From NCBI GenBank assembly GCA_003427395.1, contig BFEA01000026.1:1339939-1403938 (forward strand): 64,000 nucleotides of DNA. Direction: 5' to 3'. Both the position numbers and the translations under genes were made by a program. The notes beneath the pieces were generated by a model. It worked only from the letters and a program-made list of their open reading frames with translations. It searched no databases and was not told where the DNA came from. Source of the DNA: Chara braunii (lineage: Eukaryota; Plantae; Charophyceae). Below, piece after piece: positions 1-13,022 of this stretch; positions within the stretch are counted from its first letter, which is position 1; the number at the start of each line of letters is the position of its first letter.

Positions 1-26
1 AAAAAAAAAAAAAAAAAAAAAAAAAG

Positions 27-3000
27 GATGAATGAGGGCAGGAAATGACAACACACAACCAACTCATATCACTAGAACGACAGGCAGAATCACAGCACCC
101 CGACTCTTCTCCTCAAGAATGGCAACAACTTACTTCTTCCATCCACAAAGTCAAAGACCAATTGTTGCAATACGCACTTCATAGATGGCAGGGAATCAGG
201 ATCAGAGGTAAAATGTCTAAACTTACTCACGATGCCTCACTGGACACTTATTTCTTTTCTATAGCCACCGCCCGTTCACGAAGGACGGTCATCGAGGCCT
301 TCTACGATCCAAACGATAACAGCATTATAGCCACTGACACAGCACACTGTACATTGATCACCAGGACGTTTTTCAAACAGCTATACACATCCCATATCTC
401 ATCCCCTCACGAGGAAGAACGAAGTAGAGAGATACAAAATTTCCTACGGCCAATGGATCGGCACTTATCCTCTTGCCAGCGTGACATACTGGAGAAGGAA
501 TTAAATAAAGAGGAAGTGTGGGCAACATTCCTTCAAATGAGGGAGGAGAAAACTCCTGGCATAGATGGTTTTCCCAAAGAATTCTGGGAAACCACATGGA
601 CAGACCTGAGCTCGGACTTGTGGGATTATTATCAGGAGGTTTGAAAAAACGACGAAATGGGGGAAACCGTAGGGAAAGGCGTATTATCCCTTTTGTATAA
701 GAAAGGTGACAAAATGAATATTAGGAATTACAGACCTATCACGCTACTCTCGGTGGTTTATAAGACGTTTTCCAAAGCACTGGCCAATCGCATGGCGGCA
801 GTCTTGAAGGACGTCATACACCCGGCACAAACCGGATTTATGTCCGACAGGAACATACAAGAAAACATCTTGCTAGTTAATGACGTGGTTCAACTAGCAC
901 GACGACACCGGGTCAATGCCGCCATTATCTTTATTGACTTTGAGAAAGCCTATGACCACGTGGACTGGGACTTCCTAGACAGATGTCTGGAAAGAATGAA
1001 CTTCGGTCCTATCTTCCGGCGATGGGTCAAGATCCTCCATACGCGGGCCACTACCTGTGTTCAAGTCAATGGATCAGTCGTCCCTCCGTTTGAACTTCAG
1101 CGTTCGGTAAGGCAAGGTGACCCGATTGCCCCTTACCTCTCTCTAGTGATAATGGAGGCACTGTCAGCTAACCTTCGGCACCACAAGGATCTCACTTGAA
1201 TTAAGATATCCAACATCCCCGAAGAAGCAATCCCTGTCTGCTCTCTTTTTGGAGATGACCTTACCATAATGGTAGAGGCAACAGAATCTAACATAAAGGA
1301 AATCCAACTGCTCATGAGCAAGTTTTGTCGGCTATCAGATATGTCCATGAATTGGGGACAAAAGACGATTGGATGGTGGATGCATCATCAAGGAGGAAGA
1401 CCCCCAGAAATCCCGCGGATCACATGGCGTCCCCATGAGGACCCGCTGAGAATCATGGGAGCACTGATCTCCGTAAACGGGAAACCACCATCCAATAACG
1501 AATGGTTGGCTGGACCAGCACAGACCAAACTGGAGAAATGGAACAACAAACTCACCTCCATCGTTGGGCGATCACTTGTGATAAATAACGTGGTCCTAGT
1601 CACCCTATGGTACAAAGCCATATTATGGCCCTTGAGTGCAAGGGGGATCAAGGCACTGAAACAACAGCTACCGGCGTTCCTCTGGAGAGGAGATAGCAAT
1701 AAATCCCACGCCATAAGCCGAGTGGCTTGGGAGGCTGTGATTCAGCCCAAGAATGGGGGAGGACTGAGAATCATGGACCCGGCCACACAATTCCAAGCCC
1801 TAACGCTTCGCTGGCTTCAACACATTATTTTCTCTACATCATCCCCTTGGGTCCCCTTGGCTCTGGCACAAATTTCTGATTTGGCCCCGGAATCCCCACC
1901 TGAGACTGACCCTAGAGTATGACTAGAAGACAGGTATTGGAGGTTGCCCAGAAAGTATAGGAATGGGGACCCTTCTGACGAACAATGGGTGCGCCTCATA
2001 CGCACTTGGAGGAAACTCCCCCCTCCACTTCGATCAACACCAGAGAGGTGGGAGGAGATATTTAGGCAACCCCTTTTTGGTAACCGCCTAATAACAGATT
2101 CCCAAGGACGCGTGCGAAACAGTTCAGAGGCCCCATGGAAAGGTTGGTTAAAACACGGAGCCCTGAGAGTTGGGGATCTTTGGGATCGAGAGGCCGATAA
2201 CTGGAAGAGTATAGAAAGGATGCGTACATGGCTGCGGTACTGCCATCTCACCGAGAAAGCATTCGGCGATCTCATCGAGAGCTTCCCTCTCCATTGGTTC
2301 GCCATCCTCAGGAAAGGTCCATGCATAAGGGAGGGGGACTGGGTGGGGTTATGCGATCATGAGAAAGAAGTGGGGCGCGTGCACCTCATAAGACCTAAAG
2401 ATGCACTAATAGAAATTTTCTCCATCCAAAAAGAGGGTAGATTAGAATGGAATCAACAACCCCTTGTATGGAAGGACCAAAAGGAGGTGTATCGTATCAG
2501 GGTGCTTGACGAGGACTGTTGTCCCAGGGTGTATTGCCCTATGACCCCAATTGAGGACCTCCCCCTAGACCTGGCGGAATGGCACTGGAGCCAAGGTAAC
2601 TTGGTGGGGAAAAGACAGGACAACGTATTGACACTACACAATCTCAAAACTAAATCAGTCTACCGTATGTTCAGACCCAAATGTGGATTGCGGGACCGAA
2701 GACAGATGGTATCGCCACCTTAACATAGACCGCAGTCTGCTTAAACCCATTCGATGGTTCGCTCACCACAGATGCAGACCCGCCAAAATCTCGGCCCTCT
2801 GATGGCAAATTGAACATAGGTGTCTACCAACCAATGATTGGTTGATAGACCACACACGCTTGGAACAGCAAGGGAAAGCACTACCATGGTGTCACAAATG
2901 CTGTCAGAGCTTCCCTAGGACGAAGCGGGCGGAGACTATAAAACATATTTTTCTCCAATGCCCTGCGTCAGTGCTATTGTGGAGAAGCTGGGATAGAATT

Positions 3001-4622
3001 TGGCGCCACATTGTTCCCAGTGAGTCATGGCCATGGGACTAGAGGGCCATACTCTTCGGACACTGCCCCCCAATCCAGGGAAACACATTTGTTGAAAATA
3101 TGTTCAGACTGGGCAGGCGGAGTGTTTTATGGACCATATGGTGGAAGCGATGCATCCGGGAGATAGAGGGGGCGCAGGTGGAGGACGGTGAAGCCATGGA
3201 ACATGTACGAACATTGGTCCAATTTGAAATTGAAACACAATGGAAGACAGTGAAAGACAAACTCGATCTGTCATTTACCTGGGGGGATATAAAAAAGGCC
3301 ATCTGCTTCAGTAAAGACTGGCTGGGGGGGGATAGGGAAGGCTGGGTGGCAGAGATTAAGTGGTCTGGATACGATCAGAGGGAAGAACCCCAGGAAGGAA
3401 TGGCAAGGGACTACCGGCTGATTTTCCACGACTGGACCAAAATCGATCCGGGCGTCCCTCTATGGCCAGCCCAGGACTTTGCAGATTCCTCCCCCCCCCC
3501 CATTGTCCTTGGTGGAAGTATTGCCAACAGCATCAACCGGGACGACAGGACGACAGTACACATAATTCATCTTGTGCATTCAGTTCCTTTGGCTCATTCA
3601 GTTCACTGAGTTTAGAGCATTTCCCGTTCCTTTCTGTTTCCTTTCTGTTTCATTCTGTCCCTTTCTGCCGCTTTCTGCCGCTTTCTGCCCTCGTTCTGTT
3701 TCCTTTCAGGTTCACCGATAGCCACTTTCAGACCATTGAAGAACCGGAAGCATCAGAAGCAGCAGGAGGGTTTAGGATGTTTCTGGAAGACTCAGAAGGT
3801 CCAGAAGGATCAGAAAGGTGCAGAAAAATTCAGAAAGTTCCGAAAATTCAGAAAGTATCTAGTTAGATCTTAGTCAGATTTTGGCTGAGTTCCTGGAGCC
3901 TCCTTGAGTTTCTTGAGTTTCTAAGCCCTAGGGGCAGTGGTGGATGGCGGGGAACCCGGTTTCCGGCAGGTGGTGCTCCCTACCAATAGATGGAACGGCC
4001 GTCTGGCAAAGCCTTCATCTTGGTGATTCTCTTACCACCACCAGGATGGAGGTCTTCCACATGGGGCGCAAGAGCTAGGGGAGGGGTACTGTTTTGTACA
4101 GATGTATTCATGGGACGCTGGGCCCGGTTCCCAGCAGGTGAGGCCCCCCACACAATTCTCAGAAATTTTCAGTACTCTTCAGTATTCTTCTGTATTTCTC
4201 CAAGAGATTTCAGCTGATTTCAGCCGATTTCACTGCAGTCTGTTTCCTGTTGCTTCAATGGGCGCCATGAGGATAGTGGGTGGATGGCAGAGGCTAGGGG
4301 ATGGAGGGAGACTCCACCGGTGCCCCCCGGTGCCCTCCCCCCCAATACCTGACCCTGCTGCAGGTTAGGTATGGAAGAGTAGAGTGGATATGGGACGCTG
4401 GACCCGGTTTCCAGCATTTTGGCGTCACTCTCATTGATATACTGTGTGGCAGAGATATATTTTGGGACGTTGGACCCGGTTTCCAGCAGGTGTTGCTCCC
4501 CACCAGTAGATGGAGCGGCCCGTTAGGCAAAGCCTCAATCCCGGTGGTTCTCTTACCACCACCAGGATAGAGGTCTTGCACAAGGGCCTTACCAACAAAA
4601 AAAAAAAGAAAAAAAAAGAAAA
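27..4622 (+). mobile_element. L1/Tx1-like LINE (LINE-1 of this window), 3' half with 3' UTR and poly(A) tail
   Basis: Degenerate ORF2 (27-~3400), a ~1.2-kb 3' UTR carrying the conserved tail motif, and an A-rich tail at 4597-4622. The 5' part is absent or lies outside the window. Confidence 0.9.
45..3400 (+). pseudogene. LINE ORF2 (reverse transcriptase + C-terminal CCHC/zf-RVT), disrupted by stops and frameshifts
   Basis: Motifs KTPGIDG, NYRPITLL, QTGF, DFEKAYD, RQGDPI, LFGDDL (~1243-1263), GGLRI, and CHKC..ETIKHIFLQC. Confidence 0.95.
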
Positions 4623-5451
4623 GGTTTTGTGGTTTTGTATTCTCGAGGCTTGGTGACTTTTCCGTGTAAATAGATGTGTTAGAAGATTTACTGCTTCCGG
4701 ACTTTTGATCCGTGGTTAGTTTTTGGTTCGAGTAATGAATACATAATGGAATAATAATAATAATAATAATAAAAAAAAGAGGGCGGAGGGACCCAGAAAT
4801 ATGACATTGCTTCCTATTTCCAGTGGCATTTATGCTTTCCCCACTTGACCGGAGACTACTTAAAGGGGATGCTCTTATCACCTCGTCTAGTAGCCTCCTG
4901 ACACTGAAGTTCAAAAAAAAANNNNNNNNNNNNNNNNNNNNNNNNNNNNNNNNNNNNNNNNNNNNNNNNNNNNNNNNNNNNNNNNNNNNNNNNNNNNNNN
5001 NNNNNNNNNNNNNNNNNNNNNNNNNNNNNNNNNNNNNNNNNNNNNNNNNNNNNNNNNNNNNNNNNNNNNNNNNNNNNNNNNNNNNNNNNNNNNNNNNNNN
5101 NNNNNNNNNNNNNNNNNNNNNNNNNNNNNNNNNNNNNNNNNNNNNNNNNNNNNNNNNNNNNNNNNNNNNNNNNNNNNNNNNNNNNNNNNNNNNNNNNNNN
5201 NNNNNNNNNNNNNNNNNNNNNNNNNNNNNNNNNNNNNNNNNNNNNNNNNNNNNNNNNNNNNNNNNNNNNNNNNNNNNNNNNNNNNNNNNNNNNNNNNNNN
5301 NNNNNNNNNNNNNNNNNNNNNNNNNNNNNNNNNNNNNNNNNNNNNNNNNNNNNNNNNNNNNNNNNNNNNNNNNNNNNNNNNNNNNNNNNNNNNNNNNNNN
5401 NNNNNNNNNNNNNNNNNNNNNNNNNNNNNNNNNNNNNNNNNNNNNNNNNNN

Positions 5452-7183
5452 GACTCCATCTATTGGTGGGGAGCATCACCTGCTGGAAACCGGGTCCAGC
5501 GTCCCTTTTACATAGCCTTTGTTTCTTTATGAAAATATGTGGAGCCATAGCCTTTGTTTCTTTATGAAAATATGTGGAGCCAAACCAGGCCGCCAGATAT
5601 AACTATTGAATCTAGCAAAAAATTATCCCCTGGAAATAGTCTAACAAATAGCCCAACAATGGAGACAATTTTTTTATTTTTTTTTTTAAAGCAACTTCAT
5701 TATAAAAACCGGGAAACGGGCCCGGTGTCCCTCACATAGATGCTGAAGCCATCATAGGCTAAGAAAGGCACTTCGGCCAACCCTATCCCCGACCCCAGCC
5801 ATCTAGCTACCGAGACCCCGGCCCCGCCCGTACTATCAGTCCCAAGTTGCTAAAAAGAACAAAACCAACAAAAAGGTCGTTACCTAAATACAAAGAAAAG
5901 TCGAATTCAAACCCTATCTATTACTCAAACGCTGTTTACTGTTGACCCGTCATCAAAAAAACGCCCAAAACACAAATTACTCGGAATTACACAAACCCTA
6001 GCCAGTACTAATTACCGCAAACAATAATGCTGGAACCGTAACCACTACTGCCAACCGATAGGAAACATACACTGCTAAACTTGGTATCTCTCTTACCCTA
6101 ATTACTCTCCTATTCAGCCCTGAGACAAAAGATTCGAATCCATAACTACTAAAGACAATAACCAAATAAACCATGAAAAGGTACCACTGGACAGCTATAA
6201 ACCGAAATTTCGAATCTATACCGTCGGACAAAGCGCAATAAGCAATGAAATCATCAAAAGTTGCTCAAATCAATAGGTGATCGCACGCTGTAATTACTAA
6301 TTATGTAGAGTTGCCCAAACCCTGATTGCCACTAGCCAATTGCCCAAACCCTGATTGCCACTAGACAGCAGTTCTAACCACGATCACTAGTCCGATCAAC
6401 TTCAAAATCGTAGATTATATCACAACTATCTAAAGCCTCGCTACCACAGTCACACATATCACAATCATAAAGTCGTCGAAAACCCAAAGATCAGGAGATC
6501 CTGAGCAACACCACGTCCAAAGCAGGAGTAAAAGCAACAGTGGACAACCCTGGTCATAGCTGAAGCCCCGGCCAAGCATTTGTCAGCGTTATAGGCGATA
6601 CCAATCACAGTGTGTAGTCCATCGTCTCTCTCCCGGAAGTCGACGTTTACCGGTACACTCTCATCCGTCGTCTCTGGCTCAGCGACTGAAGACCTAGCCC
6701 ATAGATTGCCTCAGAAACCTCAGAGATCCAAAATATGTTGCTTTCATGATTTATTGAGGATACCATTGTGAATCCACCATTGCTAATTCTGACGGGGGGA
6801 AGGGATCAGGAAAACATTCTGGAGATCTGAGTGTGGTTCCTGGAGGAAGTGAAAACCAGTCTTTGGAGCCAAAAGGAAGTCTCGTTTTAGATTTTCCCCC
6901 TGTTCTTCCTTCCCCGGCCATTTCACTTCTCTCAGGCACCCTCCTTCATTTCCTCCCAGCCAATCTTGATTGAATTTTTGAATACATTTGATTATATCTT
7001 TTTTTTGATGGAGCTGTTTTTTTTTATCTTTGATCGTACTACTGACCAGTGTGCTCTTATTTCTGTCTGTACAAATTGAATAATTTGTTCAGCAAATTCC
7101 ATACCTTCAAGTTTTACATCTTCTCTTTCATAAACACACCTCTTGTACCATAGTGCCCATAGAATGGCTTTTCGACCAAGTTC
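5452..7183 (-). mobile_element. 5'-truncated LINE: ORF2 C-terminus plus 3' UTR
   Basis: LGRKAILWALWYKRC...VQTEIRAHW (6992-7183) is homologous to LGRRSVLWTIWWKRC...VQFEIETQW at 3100-3250. The segment ends in the tail motif at 5453-5505 next to a gap. Confidence 0.8.
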
Positions 7184-7952
7184 GGGGAGCAACACCTGCT
7201 GGAAACCGGGTCCAGCGTCCCATAGATACAAACATTACCTCACCAATTGGCAGGAACTGGGAACCGGGCCCAGCGTCCCCTAACGAATACCTTCAGAAGA
7301 TTCGTCACTAAAAACCTACTAGAAAAATCCAATTGGCCTAAGAATAGTATTTGAAAATTAAGATACCGGGGCCATTACCCGGCTTTGACTCAGAGATATT
7401 GGAGCAACTTCAGACATGTCTACAACAATCTTCATGATTTAGAACAAATTTCAGGAACGACTCAGGAGAACCCCCCATCACACCACTTTACCTCACTCCG
7501 GCAAGACTGACTGCAGCGGAGCCACCATCTCTGCTGCCGCTGTACCATATTCCCATCCTACCAGCTAGCCCCCTCACTGGCAGGATGCATGATAACCCAC
7601 CCTCTGCTCCTACTCGCCTTATTCGCTATTTGAGGTTCCTAAGCGCTTTCTTTTTTCGGAAAAAAAGTCAGACCCCCCAAACAATCCCCTGCTCCCCACT
7701 CCAGCAAGACTTACTGCAGCAGAGCCACCATCTCTGCTGCTGATGTGCTCTATTCCCATCCTTTTTCTTTTTTTTTTTTTTTTCTTTTTTTTTTTTTTAA
7801 AGAAGGCTCCATCTATTGGTGGGGAGCTACACCTGCTGGAAATCGGGTCCAGCGTCCCTGTACAATTATAAGAGTGTATCAGCTGGAAATCGCGTCCAGC
7901 AGCCCTATACACTGATGTAAATGAATCTGCTGGAAATCGGGTCCAGTACCCC
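7184..7952 (-). mobile_element. Stacked LINE 3' UTR fragments
   Basis: Tail-motif copies at 7184, 7256, 7805, 7882 and 7927, a poly(T) at 7762-7798, and a shared UTR block at 7486-7605 and 7697-7760. Confidence 0.7.
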
Positions 7953-8799
7953 TATGCAGATCCCCGAACCCTAACTAAGTTGTGATACCTGTGATGTGCG
8001 TGATGTATGTGTGACGTACGTGGGTATGATGTATGATGTATGGATGATGTATATATGATGTACATATGATGTGTGTGATGTCTATGAACTATGCAACCAA
8101 ATCCAAACAATGATGAAGCATGTGAGAACTTTATCAATCAAAACGGATCATGAATCACTATGTACGACCAGGACATGGAGTCCAGCGTCATGTATGTATT
8201 AACCCAAGACCCTAACGAGGACGTGATGTATGTGGCCTTTTATCAATGATATAGTCATTGTGATGTAGACAGCGTGACACTGTGCCGTTCCCATTATGAA
8301 AAACTATGTGAGACTGTCGCTGTTCCGTCTATTCGAACTATTAGCAGGGGCATTGATTACTTCCCAGCGCAAGGAAAGGATTGGCCACCTGCCACCTAAT
8401 GGGACGATCATCTCTCCTATGTTGATTGATCATGCGGGCCGGGCATCACCAATCAACATCAACAACCCCCATCAACATCAACTATCCTACTCCTATCTTC
8501 GGGCAGATATCGGGGTTGAAAGGGGGGAAGGGACAAACATCCCTTTTGTCTGTATCTACCCCATACCCCCCCGCTCTCAACATGCTGATTCTGATAGCGC
8601 TGACTGCGCTGCTGCTCCCATGGTTATTGGTGCCGCCATTGTCGTCATCATCGCCACTTCCACCACCGTCCACCCCACTCCCCGCCGCTTCAGCGTGCGT
8701 CTTCATTCCCATCATGCTAATCCTCACTGCTCTGCAGCTCCCGTGGTCGATACTGCGGCCGCCGTCGCCGCTTCCGCCTCTGCCGCCATCATCGCAATT

Positions 8800-9935
8800 G
8801 TTTTTTTTTTTTTTTTTTTTTTTTTTTTGGGAAACNCCCCCCTGCCGGTGATGGTGATGCTGGTAAGAGCAGACAACACCACCACCCGGGGAGAGACTCC
8901 ATCTATTGGTGGGGAGCGTCACCTGCTGGAAAACGGGTCCAGCGTCCCATAAACAGATTGGAAAAAGACATACTGAAAAAAGTTCCTGCCAGCATTGATT
9001 GCCCTGGCATCCGGGGGATTAACTGAGCAGGGGGGAGGGCGGGGGGGGAGGGACCTCTTCACCTAAGATCAGGCGCCAGATTCTCCCTGCTAAATCCTAG
9101 TACCTCCCTCCCCCTACCCTCCCCGCAATTGTTGTTGTTATGATCCCCATCTCTGTTTTTGTTGTTGTCATCCCCGTCGGTATTGTTGTTGTGATCATCC
9201 CCAATCCCCACATCCCTGTTGCCAGCATCGCTGCCAACATCGTCGCCGCAGCCACTGTCATCGCCATTGTTGTTGCTGCCATCCCCATCGCTGTTGTTAT
9301 TGTTGTCGTCCACCCCACTGATGCCGTTGTTGTTGTGGCTGCAACTGAAGTCGTTATTGTCGCTGATGTTTTTGTTTTCGATGTCGCTGTGCCCGTTATT
9401 ATTATCGTAGTTGTTGTTGTTGTAGTCCTTGTCGCTGTTTATACTATTGTTGCCGTTGTTGTTGCATTTATTGATGCTGACTCCGGAGTTAGCCTTGTCA
9501 TCCAGCGCTCCAATCTCCAGCCCGATCACGTCCTCAATATCATCATCTCCCTTCAATCTCTTCTCCAGCTTGAAGCATAAGTTGCCGCCTTCAGCAAAGA
9601 GGACGTAACAGGAAGACATCATACTACGTGCTCTCGTCCAATCAATGCAAGATTCTTGCTGGGGATCCGGCCCCTCCTCCAGCTCCCAGATGACATCCAG
9701 CATGCCGTCGGCCGTACTCTTCACCCACGCAGTCGGAGAAATCGCCCCCTCTGCATCCTCTGGCTCCTCATGCGACCGCCAAGACAGCTCGGCCACCATC
9801 ACCTGTAACCTCCTGCATCCATCCTCCAAAGTCAGCAGCCAGTCGTCTGCTCCTCTGTGTAGCTCCCCGCTCAACTCCATCTCCCATCCTACCAGCTAGC
9901 CCACTCACTAGTAGGACGCTTGATACCCCACCATC
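8800..9935 (-). mobile_element. LINE 3' end containing a 273-aa ORF
   Basis: Poly(T) at 8800-8828, hairpin and tail motif at 8840-8948, a block at 8983-9030 shared with 35444-35490, and a block at 9880-9935 shared with 7550-7605. Confidence 0.7.
9059..9880 (-). CDS. Hypothetical protein in LINE 3' region (acidic N-terminal half, Asn/Asp-rich low-complexity C-terminal half)
   Basis: Open 273-aa frame in LINE-sense orientation with a protein-like first ~130 aa. No recognised motif. Confidence 0.35.
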   Translation of the reverse strand: MELSGELHRGADDWLLTLEDGCRRLQVMVAELSWRSHEEPEDAEGAISPTAWVKSTADGMLDVIWELEEGPDPQQESCIDWTRARSMMSSCYVLFAEGGNLCFKLEKRLKGDDDIEDVIGLEIGALDDKANSGVSINKCNNNGNNSINSDKDYNNNNYDNNNGHSDIENKNISDNNDFSCSHNNNGISGVDDNNNNSDGDGSNNNGDDSGCGDDVGSDAGNRDVGIGDDHNNNTDGDDNNKNRDGDHNNNNCGEGRGREVLGFSRENLAPDLR

Positions 9936-9970
9936 TTTTTTGAACCTGCTCTGTTGCTTCTTTCCTGTTT

Positions 9971-10432
9971 GGGGGAGTAGCGCAGTCGGTAAAGCAAACA
10001 AGGTCATGGGTTCAATTCCCGTTGACCTCGTATACCTTCCTGGGCGTGCTTGGTGTTCGCCATCCAGAGGTAGCCCGTTGGGCCCCCCATTGAGCATGAA
10101 GCACATACGGGAGAGGACCAGAGGGGAGGCACATTGACTGGTCCAGCCGGCATGTTCCCTGACACTGCTGCGCGCTGACACCTGGCCAGACCCCTGGCCA
10201 GAACCGCCCATGTGCAGCCTCCTGCATGGTCTCTCGTGAACACAAATATGGCTGCTACAGGTCTCTGTGTAATACTGTACTGATATTAAGGGCTTGTCTG
10301 TCAGATTCAACAGAAGATAGAACTGGGTTGAGCTACTTAGCCTTATGTGAGTCCCTTCTTTTGTGTCTTTAGCGTTTGAGTGTTAGCAGGCCCAACTTCA
10401 AATTCCCCCTTCAGGACAAAACAAAAAGAAAA
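9971..10432 (+). mobile_element. tRNA-derived SINE-like element
   Basis: A-box-like TAGCGCAGTCGG, B-box GGTTCAATTCCC (10009-10020) and an A-rich end. Body 10039-10080 resembles 13808-13850. The 3' boundary is uncertain. Confidence 0.55.
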
Positions 10433-10796
10433 GTGGGTGCCCTGTCCTTAACGAGTGCTATCTTGGAAGGCATCTAACCACAGATCTGGTTTGGATCCAG
10501 TCGAGCTGAATATAGCATGAATGTTTGGCCAGATTCATCCAGAAACAGCCCGCCCAAAGTAGTTGTACCAGAAGAAGAAGAGGAACAAACATGGGGGGGA
10601 GGAGGGACTGCATGTCCCACAAAGAGATTGACTGGGACTGCCACCAAGTGGGAAAGAACTCTGACCTCCCTTTTGGGCCTGGCTCTTCTCCTGGACGCAG
10701 TTTCTTATAGGCTCTAAAATTTCCTGGGACCTCTACCCAAACATTTCTGCCCTTTCAGGTGGTTTTCCGGGGGGTAAGTCCCACTAGAGGGGAGCT

Positions 10797-11112
10797 TTTT
10801 TTTTTTTTTTTTTTTTTTAAATGGGAACAAGGCTCCAATCTATTCGTGGGGAGCAGCACATGCTGGGAACCGGGCCCAGTGTCCCATATGGAAATTTGCA
10901 TAGAAGTCTGAAAATTTGAGATACCCGGGCCGTGGCTAAGAAAAATTTGAGGTACTTAGCAAATTACTACGACGAACTTCAGGAATAAGCAAAGTTCAGA
11001 AAACGACTCAGAAACCCCCCATCAATCCTCTTTACCTCACTCCGGCAAGACTTATGGCAGCAGAGCCACCATCTCCGCTGCTGCTGTACCCTATTTCCGT
11101 CCTACGAGCTAG
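10797..11112 (-). mobile_element. 5'-truncated LINE tail
   Basis: Poly(T), tail motif at 10831-10885, and a UTR block at 10975-11112 homologous to 7440-7570. Confidence 0.75.
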
Positions 11113-11626
11113 AGGGGGCTTAATGTTCCTTTCGAGGATTTTCCAAATTTCAATCGATTTTTTGCATAGAAAAAAAATTCGAAAAATAATAAAATATTGA
11201 ATAACAACATAATCTATTGCGTGGCCCCAGTGCACCCGTGAGATGTTCGGATGGGATGGCAGGAAATGTTGCATAATCAAAACCAGGCCTCAATCTTCTT
11301 ATTGTTAATATCAGCCTTGGGCACTGGGCCCATTAAAAAAAAAGAAACAAACCCGCTTTCCAGCTGGGCACAGTTTCCTTGGGTTACCCAAACTGAAACG
11401 GCACTTATCTCAAGTCATAGTCATACCTTGTAAATAATTAAAAAGTTGCTATAAATTAGTCCTTGCTGACAATGAGTCAGGTGCCTAATTCAGGCAGTGG
11501 CGAGGAAAGCTCCACTGGGTTTGGTCTCAGCCAATGTCCTTGATCTCGCATGCCTTATTTTCCAGCCACAACATTTGTCATTCTTTCAGCACCACAGGGA
11601 AACATTGTGTAAAAAAATAAAGAAAA

Positions 11627-12479
11627 GGGATGATCTTCTGGACGGATTTGGGTGGGGACGTGTTCTTTTCCTACGGGAGAGTTGACGAGGGATGGATGCT
11701 ACTCTCTCGGGTCGGAGAGTGGTAAGGGGTTGTTTGGGTGCATGGTGATACCGTGGCAGTCCTTTGGTGGGCAGGGGTGCCTTGTAGGGAAACCAATGTA
11801 GAATTGAGAGTTGTGTCCTACTCTCGATGTCAGTAGACCCATTCTGGGGTGGTGGGCTATCAGAGGTGGTCGGGGGTAGTTGACGAGGGTAGAGGTCTCC
11901 ACCATTACCACTAAGTCGACTCTCCCTAGCGAACAGACATAAGCAAGGCTCATTAGTAGCAGAAAGCAACCACATACATCCATACAGACTATGATATCAC
12001 ACTAGCTCACAGAAAGCAACCACATACATCCATACAGACTATGATATCACACTAGCTCACATAACAACCAGCATATTCAACAACCAACAGTAGCCATATA
12101 TGAACCGCGCCGTGCTGGGTTGGTACTTAGAGATAAGGGGCTCATGGGTTAGACCTTTGTTAGCCGACCATTAGACACTGCCTATGAGTGCCCTCAATGC
12201 TCACGGGACTAGTTGAGAACTATGCGCCTAACTCCCGAGGTTCCCGTATAACAAGGCTTGTACGGTAGTGCCTCAACTGGGGCTGAATAGGGGAGTTCAT
12301 TCAGCATCAGTGCCGGCGTCCGCTGTCTGGTCAGGTTGCTCCAGTAGAGAGTGATGTTCCTCGCATGAGGTAAGATAAAAATGGAGTGGGGGTGCGCCAG
12401 GAGATATATCGAGAGGAGTGGTAGGATGGGTGTCTTGTGAGTATGTGTAAAAAAAAAGAAAAGAAAAGAAAAAAAGAAA
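11627..12479 (+). mobile_element. Non-coding poly(A)-tailed retroposon (SINE-like), 5'-truncated copy
   Basis: Colinear with 25180-25975, ends in an A-rich tail, and carries an internal 50-bp tandem duplication at 11961-12060. Confidence 0.8.
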
Positions 12480-12893
12480 TGAACATGCACAAGGCCAACA
12501 ATAGGGTAAGCTAGGGGAAGGACGGTAAGACTGCAGGCCCACAGACAGAGACAACAGGAGTAGTTCAAACAGCAACTGCCTCCTATTCCCTCTGTGGCAA
12601 CCTGTGATTTGGGCTGGCTGTCAGCAGGCAAACAACTCAGGACGATGTGTACTTCCAACAGCTAAACACTGGACTCTGATCATTAGAGAAGATACTAGCA
12701 GCTCAATGTTATTAGAAGTGAGTCTCAGTTTAAACAATTGCAACAACAACAGACTATCTACTAGATGAATGGCTAAAGACAACAGTCTTAGAATAGGTCT
12801 CTAATTCTCCTAACAACAACTGGGAGACACGGGTGAGGTACCGCCTGCAAGTCACTTACAAATGTATGTCTACTCAAACAACAACAATGTTCA

Positions 12894-13022
12894 GGGACGC
12901 TGGACCCGCTTTCCAGCAGGTGCTGCTCCCCACCAGTAGATGGAGCCCCCCGGGCTGTGCTTGAGGTGACTGCTCTTATCAGCACCTCAAGCATCAGTTC
13001 AGGCAGTTTAAACCAAAAAAAA
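12894..13022 (+). mobile_element. LINE tail: pseudoknot motif + hairpin + poly(A)
   Basis: GGGACGCTGGACCC...GGAGC, then a perfect stem TGCTTGAGGTG/CACCTCAAGCA, then an A run into the gap. Confidence 0.8.

Noticed and set aside
4464-4516. Tail motif as a known self-cleaving ribozyme (HDV, pistol, twister)
   Set aside because: I could not fit their required cores or topology by eye.
9971-10029. Functional tRNA gene
   Set aside because: The anticodon arm is missing and only A/B boxes remain.
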